Below the pieces are notes generated by a model, which saw only the letters and a program-made list of their open reading frames with translations, searched no databases and was not told the origin of the DNA. A stretch of DNA of 64,000 nt from Methanothermococcus sp. Ax23 (lineage in GTDB: Archaea > AGJL01 > Methanococci > Methanococcales > Methanococcaceae), in the NCBI RefSeq assembly GCF_049075655.1, contig NZ_CP157522.1, positions 256,001 to 320,000 of the forward strand, given 5' to 3'. This document shows, in pieces, positions 11,470-21,865 of this stretch. The translations under genes were made by a program, and so were the position numbers. Numbering within the stretch: position 1 is the first letter of the stretch; the number at the start of each line of letters is the position of its first letter.

Positions 11470-11853
11470 TTGGTGATGTTAATGATAGAGCTCGCAAAAA
11501 AACATCTGAAAAAAGTCCTCCGAATATGTGGGGCAAATAGAAACTGCCAATATTATCCATGTCATTTTGATGGGCAGGTATGTTTATGGTGCTATTGTCC
11601 ATTTTATCCATGTGAAGATGAAGAGCTCGGAGAGATGATTAAGAGAAAGGACGGAACAGAAATTTGGAGCTGTATGAATTGCGTATGGGTTCATAAGCCA
11701 GATGTTGCATGTGAAATATTAAGGGAAATTTTAGAACTCACCAAGAATAAAGAAATTGATGAAGCTGTTGAGATGCTGGATAACGAAGAAATAATAATGA
11801 AAATTAAAGAAAATGTTGAAAAGAAAGTTGGAAAGAACAATAATTTAGAATAA
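11470..11853 (+). CDS. Cysteine-rich small domain protein
   Basis: C.YYPCH, CLWCYCPFYPC and WSCMNC..VH motifs. Confidence 0.85.
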   Translation: MVMLMIELAKKHLKKVLRICGANRNCQYYPCHFDGQVCLWCYCPFYPCEDEELGEMIKRKDGTEIWSCMNCVWVHKPDVACEILREILELTKNKEIDEAVEMLDNEEIIMKIKENVEKKVGKNNNLE

Positions 11854-11900
11854 ACTAAAATATATGGTATTTATGATTTAATAACTATTGTAGTGATAAT

Positions 11901-12935
11901 ATGATTAGTTTCGATTATTTGGCTATTGCATACATTCTTAATTTTATTCTTTTATGTATTGCAACATATACCGATATTAAAAAAAGGGAAATTCCCCATA
12001 CTATCATTATTTTGATGATTTTGATAAATTTACCTGTTGGATATTATTTATTTGGTATTGAATCCATTTGGGCATTTTTTGCAACATTGGTTTTATGTTT
12101 AATACTTGGAATAGGTATGGGTGGTGGAGATATAAAACTTTTCACCGCATTAGCTCCGCTGTTTGCCTATGGTGAAAATATATTCTACATCCCAAAACCT
12201 ATATTGCTATTAATTGGTATAAGTGCAGTATTTGCTGCGCTGTATCCAATGACCAATATATTAAGAACCTATTGGAAGGATATTATTCCATCATCAACAG
12301 GTTTAGCCGTAGTATTTGGATTTTTGATATATCTATTGAATCATTATAGTATTCCCTATGCTTCGCTGTTTCTTTGGGGGTATATAATACTTTCAATATT
12401 TATATCTCGAAAAATACCACAATATAAAGATATTATAAAAAAAGCTGGTTATTTAGCACCGATTTATTTAATTGGAATTTATTTAATTGACAGCAGTTAT
12501 TTTATCAATCACAATATTCTTCTGTCGTTTATCATATATGTGGGGGAGCTCACACTTATATCAATAGTAATTTATGCCTTAACTGGTGCTGAAATCTCTT
12601 CAAAAAAATCTGTTTCTGAATTAAAAGAAGGGGATATTTTAAGGGATATTATTTATATAAAAGATAAGGATGTTAAGGTAGAAAGTGCAAATATACTAAA
12701 AAGATTTAAAATGATGGTAAATGCGGAACTGGGAAAAAATGATGGATATGATAAAATAATTATGACTGATGGAGAAGGACTATATAAGGAAGATGTAGAG
12801 CTCTTGCAAAAACTGCACAAAGAAGGAAAAATACCGGGTGAATTAAATTTAATTACAACATATCCATTTGTTCCATTTGTGCTGGTTGGGTATGTGGTGG
12901 TTTTAGTGCTCCATTATTATTTTAATATATTATGA
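11901..12935 (+). CDS. eppA: A24-family prepilin peptidase, EppA-type
   Basis: TDIKKREI and GGGDIK catalytic aspartates, extra TM block, C-terminal PFVPF. Confidence 0.8.
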   Translation: MISFDYLAIAYILNFILLCIATYTDIKKREIPHTIIILMILINLPVGYYLFGIESIWAFFATLVLCLILGIGMGGGDIKLFTALAPLFAYGENIFYIPKPILLLIGISAVFAALYPMTNILRTYWKDIIPSSTGLAVVFGFLIYLLNHYSIPYASLFLWGYIILSIFISRKIPQYKDIIKKAGYLAPIYLIGIYLIDSSYFINHNILLSFIIYVGELTLISIVIYALTGAEISSKKSVSELKEGDILRDIIYIKDKDVKVESANILKRFKMMVNAELGKNDGYDKIIMTDGEGLYKEDVELLQKLHKEGKIPGELNLITTYPFVPFVLVGYVVVLVLHYYFNIL

Positions 12936-12969
12936 GTTTCTTTTTTTACGAAGTAGGATAATAAACAAT

Positions 12970-14235
12970 CTATTTTATTGTGTCATCATTTTTTAAAAGT
13001 AAATTTGCCAATGGCTTTGCCCAAGACGCCTCTAATACTACACTAATTATTATTGTTGCAAATGTTGCTATTAAAAGTGTTCCTGCCAATTCCGTTGGTG
13101 GCATGTATTTTGTTATTGCAGCTGGAATTATATCAGGATGTGCCATAATTTCGGAATAAACCATTGCAGACAATGTTGCAGGAACCACACCTCGAGGACC
13201 TTCTAATGCTATGTAGATACGCTCTAAAAATGGTCGTGCAGGAGGTATTGAAGTTGCTATCAATACACCAAAAGGTCTTGCCAACAATATGGAGCCCATC
13301 GCACATATCATAGCAGGGAGGGCATATTCTTCCAATAGACCTATACTAACGCTTGCACCCAATAATACAAATATTAATATCCTGATAAAAGTAGATAATT
13401 CTCCAAAAAACATTGAAACTCGTTCCATCTCTTCAGCATATCTTTTATTTGTCATGGTATTTCCAATATACAACCCCATAATTGCCGCTGCCATAAATCC
13501 ACTAATTTCATAGCCGGTAATTTTTGGAAAAATCCCTTCTGCAAAATACCAAAAAGTTATACACAATCCAAGCGTGAATGGAGCTATATACTCTCCAAAT
13601 TTAACTTTTGAAACTATGGTTTTATAGGATACACCTCCAATAAGCCCAAGCACAATCCCTCCAACAGCAAGGGATATAAATTCAATAATCGGATTTTCAT
13701 GAGCAGCTAACCCCATGGCTGATAAACATATTAAAGCCATAACTATTCCCAGCGGGTCGTTGAATACACTTTCCGCCTCTAAAGTTATTGCAACTTCTGG
13801 ATTTATATCCATTTTTGAAAATATAGGTATTAGTGTCGCAGGGTCTGTGGCACATACTATTGCACCAAACAGGAAGCCTATTATTGATAAAATCGGTAAA
13901 TGGAATACCCAATTAAATATTATACCTGATATTGCAAACAATATTAGTAATGCTATTATATCTAGCTTAACAATCACACCCAATACTTTTTTCATAATGC
14001 TCCATTCCATTTCATAGGACCCTATGAATAAAAGGATTATCAACCCAAAATTACCTATGAGATTGAAAGAGTTTTCTACAATATCCTTTGGCATAATATT
14101 GGAAAAAGAAATTGCTAAACCAAGCAACAATAGTAGAGGAATATCAGGAATTCCAAATTTCTCTGCTAATTTTGCTATCAAAGACCCTCCAACAAAAAGT
14201 ATGGAGAGATAGCCAATTAACAATATAACATCCAT
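12970..14235 (-). CDS. nhaP: Na+/H+ antiporter, CPA1/NhaP1 type
   Basis: TDPATLIP, LEAESVFNDP and GPRGVVPA motifs. Confidence 0.92.
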   Translation of the reverse strand: MDVILLIGYLSILFVGGSLIAKLAEKFGIPDIPLLLLLGLAISFSNIMPKDIVENSFNLIGNFGLIILLFIGSYEMEWSIMKKVLGVIVKLDIIALLILFAISGIIFNWVFHLPILSIIGFLFGAIVCATDPATLIPIFSKMDINPEVAITLEAESVFNDPLGIVMALICLSAMGLAAHENPIIEFISLAVGGIVLGLIGGVSYKTIVSKVKFGEYIAPFTLGLCITFWYFAEGIFPKITGYEISGFMAAAIMGLYIGNTMTNKRYAEEMERVSMFFGELSTFIRILIFVLLGASVSIGLLEEYALPAMICAMGSILLARPFGVLIATSIPPARPFLERIYIALEGPRGVVPATLSAMVYSEIMAHPDIIPAAITKYMPPTELAGTLLIATFATIIISVVLEASWAKPLANLLLKNDDTIK

Positions 14236-14366
14236 ACAACCACCCTAATTTAATAGTTTGCAAGTTTTATAATATAGTTTGTAGTCCTCTATTTATAATT
14301 TTTGGTTATTTACATATTTAAATAAATAATATTTTGTATTTAATATACTCTCTTTTTTATTATATT

Positions 14367-15107
14367 TTATTTAAAGAACTTTACAAATGCATATAAATTT
14401 GTAAATGGATGTGGGGGACATCCTGGAATATATAAATCCACAGATAAGATTTTATCAACCCCGCCAACCACTTCCTCGTTTTCTCTAAATATTCCACCAG
14501 ATATTGCACATGTGCCAACTGCGATAACAAATTTTGGAGAAGGAGTTGCGTCATATGTTTTCATGAGTGCGAGCTCCATATTTTTTGTGACAGGTCCTGT
14601 AATTACAAGACCATCCGCATGTCTTGGTGATGCTACAAATTTAATACCAAACCTCGATAGGTCATAAACTGGCGTATTTAAAACATTTATATCGGCATCG
14701 CAGGCATTGCATCCTCCGGCACAAACTTCCCTCATATATACAGATTTTCCAAATAATTTTTTTATAGTACTTAAACTGCTTGTATCTGGTTCTTTTAGAG
14801 TATCTTTTATAACTAAATCTTCCCTTTTTAAAGCAAACATTCTGTAATCTCTTGTGAAACTTATGAAATTCTGTTTTATGGACTGACATTTGCCACAGAA
14901 TAGGCACTTTCCCAAGTCTAAAGTCCGGTCATTAGGATTTACTGCACTTGTGGGGCATATGGATGCCACTTTTTGCACATCTTCGTCTGTTGCATTCTGG
15001 TTTAAGACTGGTCTTCCTCGGTATGCTTCAGGAAGCTGTATTTTATCGCTGGGAAATTCAACTGTCTTATATCCTTGCGTTATCCTGTTAGTAAGTATGT
15101 TGTTCAT
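14367..15107 (-). CDS. Hyf/Ehr small subunit (NuoB/HyfI-like) with N-terminal ferredoxin-like domain
   Basis: CPT..CLFCGKC; GGCNACD, SPRHAD, GTCA and PGCPP motifs. Confidence 0.9.
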   Translation of the reverse strand: MNNILTNRITQGYKTVEFPSDKIQLPEAYRGRPVLNQNATDEDVQKVASICPTSAVNPNDRTLDLGKCLFCGKCQSIKQNFISFTRDYRMFALKREDLVIKDTLKEPDTSSLSTIKKLFGKSVYMREVCAGGCNACDADINVLNTPVYDLSRFGIKFVASPRHADGLVITGPVTKNMELALMKTYDATPSPKFVIAVGTCAISGGIFRENEEVVGGVDKILSVDLYIPGCPPHPFTNLYAFVKFFK

Positions 15108-15119
15108 ATATACACCTCA

Positions 15120-16694
15120 TTAAAGGTCAAAACCACAGTACGATAGGTTAAAACTTTTGTTGCACAGTGGAAAGTCATATATTCCCTCATTTCTAACTGC
15201 TAATTCAAGTGCTGTCCAATTGTGGAAAGAAGGGTCTTTTATTTTATATCTAATTATGTTTCCATCCTCATCCGTGATTATACAGTGGGAGAGTTCACCT
15301 CTCCAAGCCTCCTCCATAGTTATTATAAAGCTGTTAGGTTTCAATGTAGTTTCTTCTAATTTGCTACTGCTGTCATTAATTTGGAAATCTGCGACTTTAA
15401 GGAGGTCTATGCAGAATTCTATGGAGTTAATGGTTTCGTAAAAGTATATTTTTGCCCTGGAACTGACAGCTCCGTCTTTTCTAGCTACGAGCTCCATACC
15501 ATGGTCGTAAATAATTTTAGCCCTTGAAAAGCTCTTTCTTACATCATATTCTATTCCCGACGCCCTGCCTGCTGGACCTACAAGACCTATTAACTTGGCT
15601 GTTTTTGTATCCACCATACCTGTGTAGTCAAATCTTCCAAGAACTTCTGGATTATCAAGCATTAGGTTTCCAACATCAATAACTTCTTTTTTAAGCTGTT
15701 CAAACCTCTTGATGAGCTCTTTTATGTGGTCGTTGCTGAGTTTAAACTGAGCTCCGAAAGGTCGCACTGAGCTCCTACCAAATCTATTTCCACATATTAA
15801 TACAAACATGTTGAGGAAGTCTCCTCTGATTCTACCATAGTATGACGCAGTCGGCAGATATCCAACATCCCCTGCAATGCCCCCCAGCGTTCCGATATGG
15901 TTGGCTATTCTTTCTATTTCAAGCAGAAGTCTCCTGTAAGTTAATAAAGGTTCATCCGCCACATAATCACTTAATCCTTCAACGGCTTCCGAAAAACAAA
16001 TACTGTTTCCAATTACAGTATCGCCCGCTACTGATTCAATGAGTGGAACTAGTATGTTCTTTTTGCAGTTTAACAGCTGTTTTTCAATACCTCTGTACTG
16101 GTAGCCGTGCTGTATTTCAAGATGTAGGATAGTTTCCCCCATACAATTAAACCTAAAATGCCCTGGCTCAATAATTCCAGCATGGACAGGACCAACTGCA
16201 ACTTGGTGTATTTCTTCCCCTTCAACTTCATAGAACGGATAATTTCCAGGAATTGGTGCAGTGTAGTCGTTGCCAAATGCATCTGGATTTCCACTGTAAT
16301 TTTTATGATATCTCACCGATTTAAACCAAGGATGATTTTTTGGGATAATTCCATACTGCTCCGCGATTTCCCTTTCAAACATGTGAAACTTAATATTATA
16401 TTGTGAAAGAGACTCATAGGAATCCTCCACCATGGTACTTGCGACATATAATCCGCCGTCATTTCTTAAAACTGTATATATTTTATAGCCAGTTTTATTT
16501 TCGTTGTCGTTATTTTTATTGTTAGTTTCATTATCTTTAATTTCACAGCAAGGGACTGCAAAATGCTGAACAACATGTCCTGTTTCTGCAAATTTTAAAA
16601 TTTCGTCTTTAAATTCATCAAATGGCAATATAGGTATGTCATCAACATTCACAGCCACTCCGTTCTCAATTCTTAATAGTCCCATCCTATTCAC
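15120..16694 (-). CDS. Hyf/Ehr large subunit (NuoCD/HyfG-like) lacking NiFe ligands
   Basis: VGPVHAGIIEPGHFRF and E..RGE motifs; C-terminus DFPLCNKSFNLSY..DL; no CxxC pairs. Confidence 0.9.
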   Translation of the reverse strand: MNRMGLLRIENGVAVNVDDIPILPFDEFKDEILKFAETGHVVQHFAVPCCEIKDNETNNKNNDNENKTGYKIYTVLRNDGGLYVASTMVEDSYESLSQYNIKFHMFEREIAEQYGIIPKNHPWFKSVRYHKNYSGNPDAFGNDYTAPIPGNYPFYEVEGEEIHQVAVGPVHAGIIEPGHFRFNCMGETILHLEIQHGYQYRGIEKQLLNCKKNILVPLIESVAGDTVIGNSICFSEAVEGLSDYVADEPLLTYRRLLLEIERIANHIGTLGGIAGDVGYLPTASYYGRIRGDFLNMFVLICGNRFGRSSVRPFGAQFKLSNDHIKELIKRFEQLKKEVIDVGNLMLDNPEVLGRFDYTGMVDTKTAKLIGLVGPAGRASGIEYDVRKSFSRAKIIYDHGMELVARKDGAVSSRAKIYFYETINSIEFCIDLLKVADFQINDSSSKLEETTLKPNSFIITMEEAWRGELSHCIITDEDGNIIRYKIKDPSFHNWTALELAVRNEGIYDFPLCNKSFNLSYCGFDL

Positions 16695-16695
16695 C

Positions 16696-18108
16696 TCAGC
16701 GTAGTAAGAAATTTATCAAGCATTCTTGATATGGGCTGAACATAAGCACCGTAATTACAAATGAAAGAATCAGCAAGGTTAAACTTGGGGCATATAATCC
16801 AAAGCTTTCATTGATTGGTTCAATATATTCATCTGATTCGCTATATCCCATTTGAATAATTTTCTTAGAGAATCCTGCGATTACTAGAATTAATCCAAGT
16901 ATAAATAGGAATCCTACTGCGTAGTAATGCCCTGTAAATGCTCCAAATATTATTAACAACTCACTTAGGAATAGCCCAAACGGTGGAAATCCTGTAATAC
17001 CTATGGCACCCAGCGTAAATGCAAATGCAGTTTTTGGCAATACTTTAAAGAAGTTTTTTATTTTGGATATTTCTTTTGTGCCATATTGAAGGAGTATATT
17101 TCCAGTAGATAAGAACAAGGCACACTTGATAAGTGAGTGGTTTATCATGTGGAAAACCGACCCAAGTAATGCAATTCCCCCAATTCCAGTTCCCAGTGCA
17201 ATAATACCCATGTTTTCAATACTTGAATACGCAAGTAATCTTTTGTAATCCTTTTGAGCAGGCATATATGCGGCTGCGACAAATACTGAGAATAAACCAA
17301 GAGCTATCATCATATTGCTTGTGATTTCCCCTAACTCAAAATGCCCTGCAAGAGTATTGAATTTATATATTGGCAAGAAAGCGCAGTTTAACAACGCCCC
17401 AGACAGCAGAGCAGATGCTGGGCTTGGAGCTTCTCCGTGAGCATCTGAAAGCCATATATGCATTGGAGCCAGACCGACCTTTGTTCCATATCCTAGGAGT
17501 ATAAATATAAATCCAACCAAAAACCACAATGGATTTATTGTTCCAGTATAGGTCATTAGATTAGAGAATAAAAGACCAGAAATTTGTTCGGGCTGTGTAA
17601 TTGATTGTAATATAATGAAAGAACCTAGCAATGCAAGAGAAATTCCAACAGAACATGTAATAAGGTACTTCCATGTGGCTACAACTGAATCCCTCGTTTT
17701 ATGCAAGAATATCAGTGGGGCACTTGAAATTGTCGTGGCTTCAATGGCTATCCATGTAAGTATTATGTGGTCGGAAATTGCCGCAAGACTCATTGCTGAT
17801 ACAAAGAACAGCAACATGGAGCTGTAAATATGTTCTGATTCATAGTTAGAGTTTTTAAGGTAATCTATGGAGTAATAAGATACCATCAAGAACAGCAATG
17901 AAATTAAACCAAGCACTATCTTTCCAAGGGGCGTAATAAAGATATAATTTTTTAACATAATTGCTTGGCTGGGTTCAATGCAGATGTATGCTGTAATGAC
18001 AGCATGAACTATTGCTACCAAAAAGGGAATGTATCTTGTAAGTTTTCCCCTTATAAAGTAAGCAATAACGCCGGCTAATGCTGGAATTATAACTACCAAT
18101 TCATCCAT
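16696..18108 (-). CDS. HyfF-like antiporter-type membrane subunit
   Basis: WIAIEATT, GYGTKVGLAPMHIWL.DAHGEAPSP and KRLLAYSSIEN motifs. Confidence 0.9.
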   Translation of the reverse strand: MDELVVIIPALAGVIAYFIRGKLTRYIPFLVAIVHAVITAYICIEPSQAIMLKNYIFITPLGKIVLGLISLLFLMVSYYSIDYLKNSNYESEHIYSSMLLFFVSAMSLAAISDHIILTWIAIEATTISSAPLIFLHKTRDSVVATWKYLITCSVGISLALLGSFIILQSITQPEQISGLLFSNLMTYTGTINPLWFLVGFIFILLGYGTKVGLAPMHIWLSDAHGEAPSPASALLSGALLNCAFLPIYKFNTLAGHFELGEITSNMMIALGLFSVFVAAAYMPAQKDYKRLLAYSSIENMGIIALGTGIGGIALLGSVFHMINHSLIKCALFLSTGNILLQYGTKEISKIKNFFKVLPKTAFAFTLGAIGITGFPPFGLFLSELLIIFGAFTGHYYAVGFLFILGLILVIAGFSKKIIQMGYSESDEYIEPINESFGLYAPSLTLLILSFVITVLMFSPYQECLINFLLR

Positions 18109-18140
18109 CTTATACGCCTCTATATTATTTTAAGTTTAAT

Positions 18141-18773
18141 TTATTCCCTTTTGTAGTCATTAGGGCTGTAAAGTTTGTTAATCTGGTTAATAATTATAGT
18201 CATAAGCATTACGCAAATTAGAATATCCAGAAGTATTCCAAATTCAACAACATACTGCATATTTTTTCCAATCATCAAACCTACAATAGATATACCGTTT
18301 TCAAGCATTAAGTAGGATGATACCTGAGTAATTGCCTTTTTCCTAGCCATTAGAAGGAATAATGCTGGAATTATTGTAGTTATACCTCCAATGAACAGCA
18401 GTTTTTTTGATATATCAAAATCGAGATATCCTGACCATATATAGGCTATGGCTATAACCGCTAATCCGAAGAATAACGATGCCCGGTATCCGATTAATGG
18501 ATTGAGCTCTCTTTTGATATCGCCTTTTCTTGCGGCATAGATAAGAAAACTGGGTATAAAGAAAGACCGTATTACCAAAGTGCTCAGGGCAATAATAAAT
18601 CCATATATAGTTATTTCCCCGCCTCCAAGAACTATCGTCAGAAGTGATACTAAAAAACTCTGAATTGCTATTGTTTTAACAAGTGGAAACAATCTGTGAG
18701 TATTTAATGCGAATAATACCGTTCCAATTATAAGTGCAATAATCAGTTTTTCATAATACAACATTTCAATCAT
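18141..18773 (-). CDS. HyfE-like membrane subunit
   Basis: Hydrophobic; QV..YLMLENGI and EFGILLD motifs; operon position. Confidence 0.85.
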   Translation of the reverse strand: MIEMLYYEKLIIALIIGTVLFALNTHRLFPLVKTIAIQSFLVSLLTIVLGGGEITIYGFIIALSTLVIRSFFIPSFLIYAARKGDIKRELNPLIGYRASLFFGLAVIAIAYIWSGYLDFDISKKLLFIGGITTIIPALFLLMARKKAITQVSSYLMLENGISIVGLMIGKNMQYVVEFGILLDILICVMLMTIIINQINKLYSPNDYKRE

Positions 18774-18774
18774 A

Positions 18775-19689
18775 TTATTCCACCCCTATGGAGAATATTA
18801 ATGCAAGTGTGGCAATGGCAAATGACGACATTAGGAAAGTCGTATTTCTGGGGAGTTTATACCTAACACCAATGGATTCAAGGATTCCTACGGCAAATGC
18901 TATTGCAAACAACCCGACTACAAATACCAAATAATTCAGAGCTCCGATACCAAAATCCACAGGGAATATTAATCTTGAAAGTATCCCTCCAAAGAACAGG
19001 AATTTTAAAAATGTTCCAAATTCCATTAACCCCAAATCAGGACCGCTGTTATCGAGAATCATTACTTCGTGAATCATGGTCAATTCTAAGTGTGTATCTG
19101 GGTCATCTATTGGTTTTCTTGCATTTTCCACAATTAATATCATAAACAGGACAATTATAGACATTATCGCAAATATTCCCGCTTGATGCCATAGTATTTG
19201 AGCCCCCACACTACCTAAAATTCCCAACAGGCTCGGAGCTCCTGTAAGTTTTACCGCTAATATGAATGTCATGAATAATGAGCCCTCTGCCAAGAATGAT
19301 ATGAATGCCTCCCTACTGGCACCCATTCCTTCAAATGATGAAGCCGTGTTTAGTGAGCTCAGTAGTAGAAAGAACCTACTTAATGCAAATAGATACACCA
19401 CTACGATGAAGTCGTATGTAAATGAAATTACTGGTTTTTCTCCCGCAATTGGGAAGAATAGAAGTGCTAATAAGTAAGTAACCATTATAATCAGTGGTGC
19501 AAACCCGAATATCCAGCTAGTGCTTTTGCTATACACCAACCCCTTTTTTAAGAACCTCATCAGGTCGTAGTATTTGATAAATAATGAAGGTCCTTTTTTA
19601 CCTACCGATAATGCCTTTACTTTATCAATCACAGCAGGAAACAGCGGAGCAAGTGAAACCGTGAGTATATAATATATTATGGATTCCAT
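18775..19689 (-). CDS. HyfC/NuoH-like membrane subunit
   Basis: SSFEGMGASRE and ENARKPIDDPDTHLELTMIHE motifs. Confidence 0.9.
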   Translation of the reverse strand: MESIIYYILTVSLAPLFPAVIDKVKALSVGKKGPSLFIKYYDLMRFLKKGLVYSKSTSWIFGFAPLIIMVTYLLALLFFPIAGEKPVISFTYDFIVVVYLFALSRFFLLLSSLNTASSFEGMGASREAFISFLAEGSLFMTFILAVKLTGAPSLLGILGSVGAQILWHQAGIFAIMSIIVLFMILIVENARKPIDDPDTHLELTMIHEVMILDNSGPDLGLMEFGTFLKFLFFGGILSRLIFPVDFGIGALNYLVFVVGLFAIAFAVGILESIGVRYKLPRNTTFLMSSFAIATLALIFSIGVE

Positions 19690-19690
19690 T

Positions 19691-21608
19691 CTACCACCTT
19701 ACTAAATAAACATATGAGAGGAGGAGTGACATGAGTATAATCACATACCCCATGTAGTAGTTAAAGTTCCCGTCCTTAATGTATCTTAATAATGATAATC
19801 CAGTTGAAACGGGTTTTACGAGTAGTAATTCAAATACTGCCTCAGCCAAGTCTTTACTCTCTGAGTGGTATTTGGCTTCACTTGGGAATATTCCCTTGAC
19901 AGGTTTTTCATGGGTTTTTATAATTACGAATGGTTTGAAGAATTCCACTATCGGGCTGGCGTATGATGATGCAGTATATTGCATTTTTGCAGTCGGAGTA
20001 CTATAACCACAGTCCCATGTGCATCCATCAACAGTCTTATTTCTATAAATTAGAGTCCTCAATATAGCCAATATTGAAACCAGTGCAATCAAAATTAGGT
20101 AAATTTCCGTGAGCTTTGGAAATATTGAGAGTTGTTGGTATGCTACAATTTCTGCAAGATTTGAACCCTGTGCTATTTTTATAATTGGATTTACAAATAA
20201 TGCTGGAAGAATACCTATGATTATACAGATTAAAGCCAATAATATTTGAGGGATTCTCAAATCCATTAAATGGAGGTATTCCAGATATTGCAAGAGAACC
20301 CATGAGAAAAGCCAGGCTTGTTGTAGGCATTCTCTTCATTAAACCTCCCATTTCTTCCAAAGAATGTGTTCCTGTGGATTTTATCACCGCACCTGCGCCC
20401 ATGAATAATAATGATTTAAATATTGCGTGATTCAGGACATGGAGAAGAGCTCCTGCAAATCCCAATAGTGCTATGGTTTCATTGTGATAATATTTTCCAA
20501 TTAATCCAATACCCAGACCTATGAGGATGATACCAATGTTTTCAACACTATGATATGCAAGGAGTCTTTTGAGGTCATGCTGAGCAAGAGCATAAACTAC
20601 ACCCAATATTCCAGATAATATTCCAAGAATTAATATCAGATAACCTATATAGATGCTGTTTGTTCCGAGAAGTATTATAAGATTGATAATTCCGTAAATA
20701 CCCATTTTAATCATAACCCCAGACATTACCGCTGAAACATGACTTGGTGCTACTGGGTGAGCATATGGTAGCCATGAGTGAAATGGAAATACTCCAGCTT
20801 TTGACGCAAATCCCACAAACCCAAGGAGGAATACTGCTATTTTTAAGAAGTCCGGCATGCTGGAAAACTGGTCAAAACTAATAGAACCAGTAGCCATAAA
20901 TGCAAGGGCAAATGCTGAGAAAATAAACATTCCTCCAATATGTGTGTATATTAAGTAGATATAGCCTGATTTTCTAACATCTTCTTTGAATCCGTCAAAC
21001 ATGACCAATAAGAATGATGAAATAGACATTAATTCCCAAAATAATAAGAAAATAATACTGTTGTTTGATATTATAACTCCAACCATTGAAGCTACAAGAA
21101 CTGCAAAGTTTAAATAATGAAACCCTGTTGCTATTTTTCTTTTTTTGTCGTCCATATATCCATAGCTGTAAATTGCAGCCATGATAGAAACCAATAGCAC
21201 GACAGCTGAAAAGAACATTGATATTAGGTCTATTTTAAAGCTCACTGGAATTATACTTCCGAGCATGTATGTGAGCTCATAGGAGTTGTTATGCAGTATA
21301 ACCATTAGTGCATTATATAATCCTAATAAAGAACCTGCTGAGATGGTCAATATCGCTATTATTTTCGATAATTTGAACCATTTTGAAAATAAAACACCCA
21401 ATAAACCGCCCAACATAACGAGGGCCATACTCACAATCATGCCATCATCAAGTAGCAATGGGTTATCGTTGAATCCATTAAATGCATTCATGCTTGATTT
21501 TGCCATTACAGGGGATATAAAAATCAATGTCATGGCTGTTATAATTAATAAATGCATTAATTTGTCCCTTAAATTTAATTTTGATGTTATAGTACCCATT
21601 TTAATCAC
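19691..21608 (-). pseudogene. HyfB-like antiporter subunit split by an internal deletion/frameshift near 20260
   Basis: Frame 1 runs to ...GIPPFNGF then leaves homology; frame 2 resumes at LRIPQILLALIC...TWDCGY..PTAKMQYT; the intervening helices are absent. Confidence 0.8.
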
Positions 21609-21865
21609 TTCTTTTAATTTGTATGGTAGTTCAGGTTATAATACATAGTATATAACTGTTTCGAAAGTTAAAAACTGTTTAAAATAATTAAACACAAGTT
21701 AAATTGAAGATAATTGAATATACTGCATTAAAATAAAAAAATAGGCATAAAAAGCAATAAAATGCAAATAATAGACCTATAAAAGTAAAATAAAAGTAAG
21801 ACCACAACGATAATAATAAAACAAAAAAGTAAAAAATAAAATATAAAAATTTATTAAAAAATAAT

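Noticed and set aside
19691-20293. Independent 200-aa gene or programmed frameshift in hyfB
   Set aside because: No RBS or slippery site, and conserved helices are missing, so a deletion explains it better.
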